Made by a program: the position numbers and the translations under genes. Under the pieces are notes generated by a model that searched no databases, was not told where the DNA came from, and saw only the letters and a program-made list of their open reading frames with translations. A stretch of 18,289 nucleotides of DNA from Deltaproteobacteria bacterium TL4 (GTDB taxonomy: Bacteria > SAR324 > NAC60-12), in the NCBI GenBank assembly GCA_051382335.1, contig JBBCAX010000392.1, forward strand, positions 1-18,289, written 5' to 3'. This document shows, piece by piece, positions 1 to 7,207 of the stretch (position 1 is the first letter of the stretch; each line of letters opens with the position of its first letter).

Positions 1-10
1 TAAATTTCAT
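1..10 (-). CDS. Possible start of a divergent gene running off the left edge
   Basis: Minus strand reads AAAAGGA-attgacc-ATG AAA TTT, an SD-like motif 7 nt before the ATG at 10..8. Only 3 codons are visible. Confidence 0.3.
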
Positions 11-104
11 GGTCAATTCCTTTTGAGTGGAGCAACGTTGATGAATCTTACGATTCGTTTTGGACGTCAACATTATACCATCTCCAAAGGTTTTTATAAA
101 ACTG

Positions 105-132
105 TAAACTGAAAAATGAAAGGTGCCGATTA
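105..132 (+). promoter_or_regulatory. Candidate sigma28 (FliA/SigD) promoter
   Basis: TAAA (105-108), 16-nt spacer, GCCGATTA (125-132); consensus is TAAA-N15/16-GCCGATAA. It points toward fliM. Confidence 0.45.
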
Positions 133-173
133 CTTTATAATTTAAGATAGATCTAAATTTCCTATTGACCCTA

Positions 174-286
174 GCATGGACATGCCGTACAACAAGCTAC
201 CAGCAATTTTTGAAATGAGATTCATAGGCTTTTCAATAGAGCTGGCGAACACGGAAGTTCACTCTACTGAGGGGGCATGGATGCCC
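174..286 (+). promoter_or_regulatory. Hairpins with GGA loops resembling CsrA/RsmA sites in the putative fliM leader
   Basis: GAAC-ACGGAA-GTTC (247-260) and GGGC-ATGGAT-GCCC (273-286) are ANGGAN hexaloops closed by C-G. GCAT-GGAC-ATGC (174-185) is a weaker third hairpin. Confidence 0.4.
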
Positions 287-393
287 AGCCTGTGAATTTT
301 TTTTAGGGGATTGAAGGCTAATCTAAGGATCCTTTCCAGCAAAAATTTTCCAAAAAACAAATAAAAACCGGATGAAATCATAAGAAGGTAACG

Positions 394-1407
394 ATGACCG
401 AGTCTTCTAAAAAGAAGGAAGAGAAAGACATCCCCAAAGTTCATAGAAATGCGTTTGGAGAACCTCCAGTTCCTTTCGATCTTTCTAAGGCCGATCAAAT
501 TTCTCGTGGTTGTATGCCTGGCTTAGAAACGGTTTGTGAACGATTTTCCCGCCTTTTCCAAAGGACCCTTTCTGCGGCGGTTCATAAAATTATCAAAATA
601 AACATCAACACGATTGAACTGACTAAATTCAGCCAATTTCATGAAAGTTGTTCCTCGCCTGTTGCTTTAAATGTTTTCGGATTGCATCCCTTGCGAGGGA
701 ACGCTCTGATGATGCTGGAGCCTCAATTGGTTTTTACGTTGGTCGATTTGCTTTGTGGCGGAACAGGAAAACGCCCTTTTGCCCCAGGGACCAGGACCTT
801 TACAGAGGTTGAAACGAAACTGATTCATCGCGTCGTCCTGGCGGGCTTGAAAGATTTTCAAGACGCGTGGAGACCACTGTTTCCCCTTCAAACCAGTTTT
901 GTCCGCACTGAATTTGCGGCTCACCTCACGGACATTATTCCAAATTCGGAAATCGCGATTCGGATGGTTCTGGATCTGAATGTTGGAGTTACCTTGCCTC
1001 TTACTTTTTACCTTCCCTATTCTTTGTTAGAACCCATCCATGGTCTATTGTATGATGGTTATCAGAGTAGAGAGGATGAGCGGGATCAGCTCTGGCTTAA
1101 TCGTTTTAAAAGAAATCTGAATATAACTCCGCTGGAAATCAAAGCAGAGGTTAAAGCCCAACCCCTGACTGTTCGAAACTTGCTTCATTTGAAAAAGGGC
1201 GATTTGCTCATGACCGCCCTCAAGACGGATCAACCTGTGGATATTGTTGTGAATGGGACCAAAAAATTCACGGGTCGTTTGACGAGGGATAAGGGCAGGC
1301 AAACGATTTGGATTGAGGAAACCCTAGGGATTCCTGTAGAAACTGAGTTACATGAATTAAAACAACAGGTTCAATCACTTACTTCAGATCCCTCACGCTC
1401 ACTATAA
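394..1407 (+). CDS. fliM: Flagellar motor switch protein FliM-like, lacking the N-terminal CheY-binding peptide
   Basis: FDLSKADQISRGCMPGLETVCERFSR matches the start of the FliM middle domain. Also PLRGNAL, the FliG-binding GGxG motif (LLCGGTG), RTFTEVE and a C-terminal SPOA domain (LTVRNLLHLKKGD). SD AAGAAGG at 382-388; an in-frame TGA at 373 rules out a longer N-terminus. Confidence 0.9.
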   Translation: MTESSKKKEEKDIPKVHRNAFGEPPVPFDLSKADQISRGCMPGLETVCERFSRLFQRTLSAAVHKIIKININTIELTKFSQFHESCSSPVALNVFGLHPLRGNALMMLEPQLVFTLVDLLCGGTGKRPFAPGTRTFTEVETKLIHRVVLAGLKDFQDAWRPLFPLQTSFVRTEFAAHLTDIIPNSEIAIRMVLDLNVGVTLPLTFYLPYSLLEPIHGLLYDGYQSREDERDQLWLNRFKRNLNITPLEIKAEVKAQPLTVRNLLHLKKGDLLMTALKTDQPVDIVVNGTKKFTGRLTRDKGRQTIWIEETLGIPVETELHELKQQVQSLTSDPSRSL

Positions 1408-1419
1408 TGGGAGAAACTT

Positions 1420-2052
1420 ATGGAAGATTTGTATCTGGTAGGGACATTTAACGCATGGGACGTTCGTAAGCGTTACCAGTTTGATCGCATTGACGATTAT
1501 ATCTATACGCTGCTAGCTGAACTTCCTGCCGGGAAAATAGAATTCAAAATTGGGACAGTGACCGAAGCGGCAGCAAATAACTTTGGTTCGGATGGCGATG
1601 AAGCAACAGTAACATTGAACCAACTGACCTATTTGAAAGATGGAGGTGATCATTTATCCATCAATTTAACGTATCCCGGCATTTATTTTTTCTTTCTGGA
1701 TTTCTCCCAAGATCAAGCCCAACCGTCACTTCGTGTAGTGCCGAAACACGAGGTGACTACTCCTGAAGAGTTAAGGGATCAGCCTGGTTTTGGTTTGGAT
1801 CACTTTCTTGATATGCAATTGCCTGTGACTTTTGAATTGGGGAAAACGAAATTAAGCATTAATGAGGCCTTGTCCCTGGGCAAAGGTTCTATTTTGGAGT
1901 TAGACAAACTGGCCGGAGAAAGTATCAATGTTTACGTTGGGGGAAAATTGGTAGCGTTAGGAGAGTTGGTTGTGGTCAACGATAATTTTGGAGTCCAGGT
2001 ATTGACGGTACTTCCCTCAACTCTTTCCACTTTGAGTGTAACTGAAGCCTAA
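1420..2052 (+). CDS. fliN: FliN/SPOA protein with an N-terminal ~110-aa carbohydrate-binding-module-like (CBM48/pullulanase-X25/SusE-F-like) domain
   Basis: C-terminus LDMQLPVTFELGKTKLSINEALSLGKGSILELDKLAGESINVYVGGKLVALGELVVVNDNFGVQV is canonical FliN. N-terminus LYLVGTFNAW...LPAGKIEFKI...GIYFFFLD resembles the beta-sandwich modules of amylases and pullulanases. Confidence 0.85.
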   Translation: MEDLYLVGTFNAWDVRKRYQFDRIDDYIYTLLAELPAGKIEFKIGTVTEAAANNFGSDGDEATVTLNQLTYLKDGGDHLSINLTYPGIYFFFLDFSQDQAQPSLRVVPKHEVTTPEELRDQPGFGLDHFLDMQLPVTFELGKTKLSINEALSLGKGSILELDKLAGESINVYVGGKLVALGELVVVNDNFGVQVLTVLPSTLSTLSVTEA

Positions 2053-2060
2053 AGGTTCCC

Positions 2061-2363
2061 ATGTTTCAGCATTCCGAAAAATCTTCGTTAGAATCGATAC
2101 TAGGCGATGTAGAAATTGCTTTGAGTGTCGGCATTGGGCGGACCATGCTGCCTGTCAGGGAACTGCTGAACTTGAAAGTGGGCTCTATTCTCCTAACGGG
2201 AAAGCTTGTAGGCGAATCAGTGGAATTGTTGTCTGAAGGCAATCTGTTGGCACATGGAGAAGTGGTTGTGATCAACGAAAAATATGGTATTCGTATTTCA
2301 GAGATCATGTCGCGAGAAAAGTCCAAGCAATCCAGTAAACGTGGAGAGGAAAGCACACTATGA
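2061..2363 (+). CDS. fliN: Second FliN/SPOA-domain protein
   Basis: ILGDVEIALSVGIGRTMLPVRELLNLKVGSILLTGKLVGESVELLSEGNLLAHGEVVVINEKYGIRISEI is a FliN signature (GEVVV...YGIRI). Confidence 0.87.
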   Translation: MFQHSEKSSLESILGDVEIALSVGIGRTMLPVRELLNLKVGSILLTGKLVGESVELLSEGNLLAHGEVVVINEKYGIRISEIMSREKSKQSSKRGEESTL

Positions 2364-2788
2364 AAGAAATTGAGGTTTCTTTTACTCAGCAGGATCCGGT
2401 TCCGTTAGAATGTTTACATGGTGTTGACCCTAACGATGTGGTCCTGTTTTTAGAACAGGAGCATCCCCAAGTGATTGCTCTCGTCCTTGCGGTGTTGAGG
2501 GATAAAGAACATGCTTTGGATATTCTACACGCCTTACCTGAAGAAATACAGGTTGAAATCATCCAACGCATTGCGGAAATGACCTTCGTTTCGCCTGAAG
2601 TCATTGAGCTCCTCGATAAGGTGTTGACCCAGACGATACAGGATTTCGACAACAACCGTAACATCGGTGGGATCAAGGCCTTAGTTGATCTTTTCCTCTC
2701 CTCTGATCGAAGTTTGGACTCTCCTCTGTTACTGCATGTTGAAGAACAAGATCCTGATCTTGCGGAACAAATCAGGGAGCAACTCTAA
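2360..2788 (+). CDS. fliG: Mini-FliG: middle domain plus start of the C domain only (142 aa)
   Basis: Has the EHPQ motif (FLEQEHPQVIALVLA), IIQRIAEM..VSPEVIE, the GG hinge (IGGIKALVDL) and EEQDPDLAEQIREQL. It stops where the MFxF motif normally begins. ATGA overlap with the upstream fliN and SD GGAGAGG. Confidence 0.85.
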   Translation: MKEIEVSFTQQDPVPLECLHGVDPNDVVLFLEQEHPQVIALVLAVLRDKEHALDILHALPEEIQVEIIQRIAEMTFVSPEVIELLDKVLTQTIQDFDNNRNIGGIKALVDLFLSSDRSLDSPLLLHVEEQDPDLAEQIREQL

Positions 2789-2797
2789 TGTACCCTA

Positions 2798-3104
2798 ATA
2801 GACGTTCATTTAAATAAATTCAGAATGTATATTTTGGATGATCCATTTAATCGACTCATTATCAGGAGTGTCAAAGCTTGCTTTGACCAGAAAAGCCAAA
2901 GCTTTTCTTTGAATTTTGCCAAAGCAAGCTTTGGTACTCCACATTGATTCCAATGAAATTATTTAAATGAACGTCTTCGACTCATTATTAGGAGTGTCAA
3001 AGCTTGCTTTGACCAGAAAAGCCAAAGCTTTTCTTTGAATTTTGCCAAAGCAAGCTTTGGTACTCCACATTGATTCCAATGAAATTATTTAAATGAACGT
3101 CTAT
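2798..3104. mobile_element. MITE-like non-autonomous element with 20-bp perfect terminal inverted repeats
   Basis: ATAGACGTTCATTTAAATAA (2798-2817) and TTATTTAAATGAACGTCTAT (3085-3104). TA lies at both ends (2799-2800, 3102-3103) as expected for a TA duplication. No ORF. Confidence 0.7.
2851..3102. repeat. Tandem duplication of a 126-bp unit containing REP-like palindromes
   Basis: 2851-2976 and 2977-3102 differ only at 2863/2989. Each unit has GTCAAAGC-tt-GCTTTGAC, AGAAAAGC-caaa-GCTTTTCT and CCAAAGC-aa-GCTTTGG hairpins framed by GGAG...CTCC. Confidence 0.95.
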
Positions 3105-3156
3105 AAGTGATTACAGGCTTTTGACAAATTATTCTTGTTGATGGAGAGAGAATACC

Positions 3157-4182
3157 ATGAGTTTGTATCAAATTGAGATTAAGCAAGAAGATAATTTACT
3201 GGATGCACGAGGGCGTCTGAATCACACGGGTTGGGCAAGACGTCCCTTACTGGTCTATAATCGAAAACAGATTGCGGCTCCCTGGTATAGAATTAAGGAA
3301 TGGGAATTTTACGGAGTATGTTTTCAACAAAAACGCCTGGAATTCTTTGTCGCGGATTTAGGATATTTCACATTGATGGGGATGGTCTGGCATGATTTTT
3401 CGGAAGGAAAAATTAAAACATGGGGAGGCGTCAAACCTTTTACACATGGGGCAATGAGGTTATCAGAGGATCCCGTCAATGGAAGGTTTAAGGGTTCTTG
3501 CTTTCCCTCCGGAACGATCAGTATCCGCAAATCGGAAGAGGAGCATCGGATTGCTATCAAAACGCCCTTGTTTAAGGGGTTGAACGTAGCTTTGGTTTAT
3601 CAAATAGATCCTTCTGCTGAGGCCATGATCGTGGCTACAGGTTTTAAAGAGCATGAGCACTGTTTCTATTATAATTATAAAAAAAATATGCTCGCGGTGG
3701 AAGGAAACATTGTATTTGAGGGAAAGAAATATTATTTAAACCCTGAAGAAAGTGTGGGTAATTTTGACTGGGGGAGAGGCGTGTGGCCCAGAAATTCACA
3801 TTGGTACTGGGGAACAGGAGGGGGTGTTGTCAATAAGCACAAAGTCTGGTTTAATATCGGCGATGGCTTTGGAGATTTGTGTAACCATACTGAAAATATG
3901 ATTTTCATAGATGGGAAAATCCACAAAACGGACAGGGTCACTTTCAAGCCTTCTCAAAAACAAAGTGGTATTCCATGGGAATTTACAAGCAGTGATGATC
4001 GAATCAACCTCTCGCTTAACGCAAAAACATCCATTTACAAGAATTTTGACATAGGACTTGGAATGGTTTGTTCAAAACAGATTCACGGCCTCTTCGAGGG
4101 GACTTTGATCCTGAACGATGGGCAGACGCTCAAAGTGAAGGATATGTACGGCCACGCAGAGGATATTCGGTTTCGCTGGTGA
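3157..4182 (+). CDS. DUF2804-family protein
   Basis: LLDARGRLNHTGWARRPLL..RIKEWEFY, FYYNYK, DWGRGVWP..SHWYW, TENMIFIDGKIHK and a terminal GHAEDIRFRW fit my recollection of this family. SD GGAGAG. Confidence 0.72.
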   Translation: MSLYQIEIKQEDNLLDARGRLNHTGWARRPLLVYNRKQIAAPWYRIKEWEFYGVCFQQKRLEFFVADLGYFTLMGMVWHDFSEGKIKTWGGVKPFTHGAMRLSEDPVNGRFKGSCFPSGTISIRKSEEEHRIAIKTPLFKGLNVALVYQIDPSAEAMIVATGFKEHEHCFYYNYKKNMLAVEGNIVFEGKKYYLNPEESVGNFDWGRGVWPRNSHWYWGTGGGVVNKHKVWFNIGDGFGDLCNHTENMIFIDGKIHKTDRVTFKPSQKQSGIPWEFTSSDDRINLSLNAKTSIYKNFDIGLGMVCSKQIHGLFEGTLILNDGQTLKVKDMYGHAEDIRFRW

Positions 4183-4212
4183 GTACGGAGAAATAAACAA
4201 CCCTCGCCTAAA

Positions 4213-4477
4213 CAATACCTTCGCCAATTATGACGCTTTTCGAGTTACAAATTTTAGACAATTTGCTGCTAAACTCAAAGATTTTTTTGTAATCTTAGCA
4301 AACTCGATAACCACTGTGCCCTTTTCTTCAATTTCAATAATTTTTGTATCTGTTCCTACGTTTTCTTTGTTTTGAGTGGTATGATTTAGTGGTGTTTTGT
4401 CTTTGATAACCGGCTGATTTTGAGCGTTATGAACGCGTCCAATGTTTGCCATCGCTTTTTGTAGTTTTTCAAAAGAA
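4213..4477 (-). mobile_element. Right-end remnant of an IS (family uncertain, IS4-like), cut by IS66
   Basis: CAATACCTTCGCCAA (4213-4227) is identical to 18163-18177. The minus-strand frame ending in TAA at 4228-4230 abuts it and stays open up to the IS66 end (..SFEKLQKAMANIGR..RKAS*), like a transposase C-terminus. Confidence 0.6.
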
Positions 4478-6118
4478 GTAACTACTCAGCTATGGAAAAA
4501 ACAAGGTAAATATTACGGGATAGGGGAAGGTATCCACGTTTTTTTTAAGAACGCATTCTGAAGGACATCAATGACAGAAATCCCATTTTTACGAACGGTA
4601 GAGATATAACTGCGGATGATACAAAAAGTTTCAGCACCTTCCAAAGTCCGGAAGCAGCCAGACACTTTTTGTTTGACCTTTATCATCCGTATATCTCGCT
4701 CCCCGGCGTTATTTGAAAAAGGAAGCTCGAAATCATTCATGAAGGCTAAGGTCTCTTTTTTAAAAGAGCTTAAACGATCGAGTAAATTTTTGGGAGGAGT
4801 TTGTTTTTTCTTCCCTCTTTTTTTGGGTGAGTCTTTGGCGAGTGGAAGTTCCGGATTGGCCTGGAACCCTTTTTGAAGGATTTGATCATACTGTTGACTG
4901 AAACGTTCTCGTTGTTCATTCTCCAGAGCGTTCAACCCTTGTAATTTGTGATCTTCCACTTGTTGGTTTATTTCACAAAGTAAATCTCCCATTTCGGTTG
5001 CCCAGTCTTGAGAATATTGATTTACAATAAACTCAAGTTCTCTGAGATGATGCGCGTTACATAAAGAATGTGAGGCTTGTTCGTAGTTAAAATAAGATTT
5101 CCAGTGATCATGAACCGCCGTTCCCTCAAACTCTGGAAGAATCCCCATCGAATCCATAGCTTCTTGTCCCCTTTTGGGATCAACATGATAAAGAGTCAGC
5201 GTCTCTGTCCTTGCCACATGAAGCCAATGGAGTTTGTTAATCACTCGAAGCCCCGATTCATCAAAATTCACCACATTAGAGGCAATGAGTTGTTTCAACG
5301 TTTCCTCACGGAAAGGAAGGAGTTCTACAGCCAGATCTTCATTAGCTTTTAACAAAGTTCCTTGTGCTATTTTTTGCCCGAATAAATCCTCCATGACTTG
5401 GCAGGTTCGATCCAAAGCGATGAAATGGTACTGATTAAAATAACTGGCGAATGATCGAAGACGAGGACCATATTGAACAGGTTGATTCACTCCTTCTGGA
5501 AAAATCGCTTTATTGGTATGGTCACAACAGGGACAGATTTTAATTTCGGCCTGATACTCTTTAACCACCATTTCTATCGGGGGAATATCAAAAACCTGAC
5601 GTCTTTCATGAAACAGAGCTTCTTTATCCTTCAAAGATGACCCACATTTTTCACACTGATTGACTTCTAATTTCTCTGTCTCTTGAGGACTTTCAGACAT
5701 CTGAAGAGTATTCCCTTCGTGACCTTCCTGGCCTCCATTCTTTTTCTCTCCCTTCTTCCGTAAACTTTTGGTTTTTTGTGCCTTCTTCAATCCATCACTA
5801 GAAGGAGGCTTGCTGCTGTTGCTGCTGTTTTTCGCCAGTTGATCTCTTAATTTTTGATTTTCCGCTTCTAATCTCTTGATTTTTTCCTCAAGGTTTATCT
5901 TTGTTTCCTTTAATTCTCGCTTCTCATCGAAAAGACCCCATAACGAATAGAGCATCACTGGCATGACTAAAGATGTATCCGCTGAAAAGGAGGAAGAATT
6001 TAATAACATGGAAGACTCTAATAAATTCATAAACATGCTGTTGGATGTAGACTACTTCAATAGTTACCCAATTATGCAACCAAAAGTAAATACTTTTTTT
6101 AGATGCCTGAGTAGTTAC
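4478..6118 (-). mobile_element. IS66-family element (single-ORF, ISBst12-like)
   Basis: Terminal inverted repeats GTAACTACTCAG (4478-4489) and CTGAGTAGTTAC (6107-6118). The flanks CAAAAGAA and CATTTATC do not form the usual 8-bp duplication. Confidence 0.9.
4513..6036 (-). CDS. IS66-family DDE transposase
   Basis: Coiled coil, KNSSNSSKPPSSD, GGQEGHEG, CEKCG..RRQVFDIP..CPCC zinc finger, FDESG, VHDHW, CNAHHLREL, FSNNAGERDIR. The true start may lie somewhat downstream of 6036. Confidence 0.93.
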   Translation of the reverse strand: MFMNLLESSMLLNSSSFSADTSLVMPVMLYSLWGLFDEKRELKETKINLEEKIKRLEAENQKLRDQLAKNSSNSSKPPSSDGLKKAQKTKSLRKKGEKKNGGQEGHEGNTLQMSESPQETEKLEVNQCEKCGSSLKDKEALFHERRQVFDIPPIEMVVKEYQAEIKICPCCDHTNKAIFPEGVNQPVQYGPRLRSFASYFNQYHFIALDRTCQVMEDLFGQKIAQGTLLKANEDLAVELLPFREETLKQLIASNVVNFDESGLRVINKLHWLHVARTETLTLYHVDPKRGQEAMDSMGILPEFEGTAVHDHWKSYFNYEQASHSLCNAHHLRELEFIVNQYSQDWATEMGDLLCEINQQVEDHKLQGLNALENEQRERFSQQYDQILQKGFQANPELPLAKDSPKKRGKKKQTPPKNLLDRLSSFKKETLAFMNDFELPFSNNAGERDIRMIKVKQKVSGCFRTLEGAETFCIIRSYISTVRKNGISVIDVLQNAFLKKTWIPSPIP

Positions 6119-6119
6119 C

Positions 6120-6541
6120 ATTTATCTTTTGAATGGATGGCCAAAATCTCCGCTACAACGCACAAAACCAGAACAGAATGTCATCACCTATTATGAACGG
6201 AACGAATGAATCAAGACATGGTCTATTTTTCAGAGGCGACTTGGGGGGAACTTATTTTCGGAGCAGAACGTTCTCAAAAACGAGAATCCAATTTGCTCCG
6301 CATTCGTCTTTTTCAAAAAGCAGTTCCCTCTGTGTCGATTGATCAAGAAATCTGGAGCATTTTTGGACAAACGAAAGCCCTTCTAAGTCTGCAAGGAAAA
6401 GTGGTGCCGGATATGGATTTGCTCATTGCTTCTACCGCAAAACGCTATGAACTCACATTAGTGAGCAACGACCAACATATGCAATCGCTTCCAGCTTCAT
6501 TTCTTTGGGAGAATTGGAGCAACACGCTTCACTCACTTTAG
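6120..6541 (+). pseudogene. vapC: VapC/PIN-domain toxin pseudogene (5' end lost at IS66, plus frameshift)
   Basis: 6206-6541 encodes SEATWGELIFGA..DMDLLIASTA..LTLVSNDQH (PIN). The frame from 6120 encodes IYLLNG..., the segment that follows the lost DTN motif. The two frames join if one copy of GAACG (6195-6199/6200-6204) is removed. Confidence 0.8.
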
Positions 6542-6606
6542 GCGAAACCCAATAAATACTATACCAGACTTCAGCTACACTGTGCCTCGACTCCGCTCGG
6601 CATGAC

Positions 6607-6680
6607 GTCATCCTGAATTCTATGACTCGAAGTGAAGGATCTCGGTTCACCGAAAAGATCCTTCGCCTTTTCAGGATGAC
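6607..6680. repeat. Extragenic palindromic element (GTCATCCTGA...TCAGGATGAC type)
   Basis: GTCATCCTGAA (6607-6617) pairs with TTCAGGATGAC (6670-6680), and GAAGGATCT (6634-6642) pairs with AGATCCTTC (6656-6664). A related half-copy CTCGACTCCGCTCGGCATGAC lies just upstream (6586-6606). Confidence 0.75.
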
Positions 6681-6838
6681 AGCAGCGACTGTTTGGCCGG
6701 ACTTATGATCAGAGCCAAGAAAGGCAATCCCTTTTGAAACAATTTGCGGAAATGCAACGTCGAGAAGAAGAAGCGCAACGCCAAAAGGAGGAAGCTTTAA
6801 ATGAACTTCAACGACTGAAACAACAACTCGCCAGATAA
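6680..6838 (+). pseudogene. Orphan 3' gene fragment encoding a coiled-coil tail
   Basis: The frame QQRLFGRTYDQSQERQSLLKQFAEMQRREEEAQRQKEEALNELQRLKQQLAR* is open from the palindrome edge with no convincing start. It resembles tails of Rpn/PD-(D/E)XK-type proteins. Confidence 0.35.
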
Positions 6839-6843
6839 CCGCT

Positions 6844-7015
6844 TCAATTCAAAAATAAAGTGATCCCAATAAGCAACAAATTGATCCCTACAGGGGGAAT
6901 ATATTGGAGCCAATGCGTTTCAAAGGGTTCTTCCAGCACCTTCAACTCGTCTTCATACCCTCTCGATTCCAGCGCGGTGTAGAGGTCGTTGGCCCGTTGG
7001 TAGGCACCAATAAAA
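6844..7015 (-). pseudogene. cbiQ: 3' fragment of an ECF cobalt/nickel transporter T component (CbiQ-like)
   Basis: FIGAYQRANDLYTALESRGYEDELKVL matches the C-terminal coupling-helix xRG motif of EcfT/CbiQ, followed by a hydrophobic helix. The upstream part is replaced by repeat and intron DNA. Confidence 0.7.
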
Positions 7016-7070
7016 AAGAATAAAAAGAATAAGGACTCAAGAATAAAAGAATAAAGAATAAGGACAGCCA
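7016..7070 (+). repeat. Irregular AAGAATAA micro-array ending in GGACAGCCA (5' exon of the intron)
   Basis: Five AAGAATAA copies between 7016 and 7061. AAAGAATAAGGAC occurs at 7024-7036 and 7053-7065. Confidence 0.8.
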
Positions 7071-7207
7071 GTGCGCCAGGCGAAGCTGGCAAGAAATAGA
7101 GAGTGAAAGTCTCTTACTCGGTAAGGCAGTAGCGTCCCGCCGAGGCCCCGAGTCATGGGCAGATTATCCGTAAGGGTAGGTGTTAAGCGTTGACAGGGGA
7201 GAGCCTA

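Noticed and set aside
2786..2800. mini-fliG as a simple MITE-truncated pseudogene
   Set aside because: The stop codon precedes the MITE by about 10 bp, no FliG continuation follows the MITE, and the N-terminal domain is independently absent with a coupled start. Not fully excluded.
2851..3102. Possible CRISPR array
   Set aside because: Two contiguous 126-bp copies with no unique spacers and no cas genes.
6056..6067. Internal partial copy of the IS66 terminus (TTCAATAGTTAC)
   Set aside because: The match is imperfect. The 12-bp perfect repeat at 6107-6118 is the better end, and this copy gives no target duplication either.
7016..7092. N-terminal part of the 82-aa minus-strand ORF 6844..7092 as a real membrane segment
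   Set aside because: It is the antisense reading of the AAGAATAA array and the intron 5' end. Only the part from about 7015 downward is CbiQ-like.
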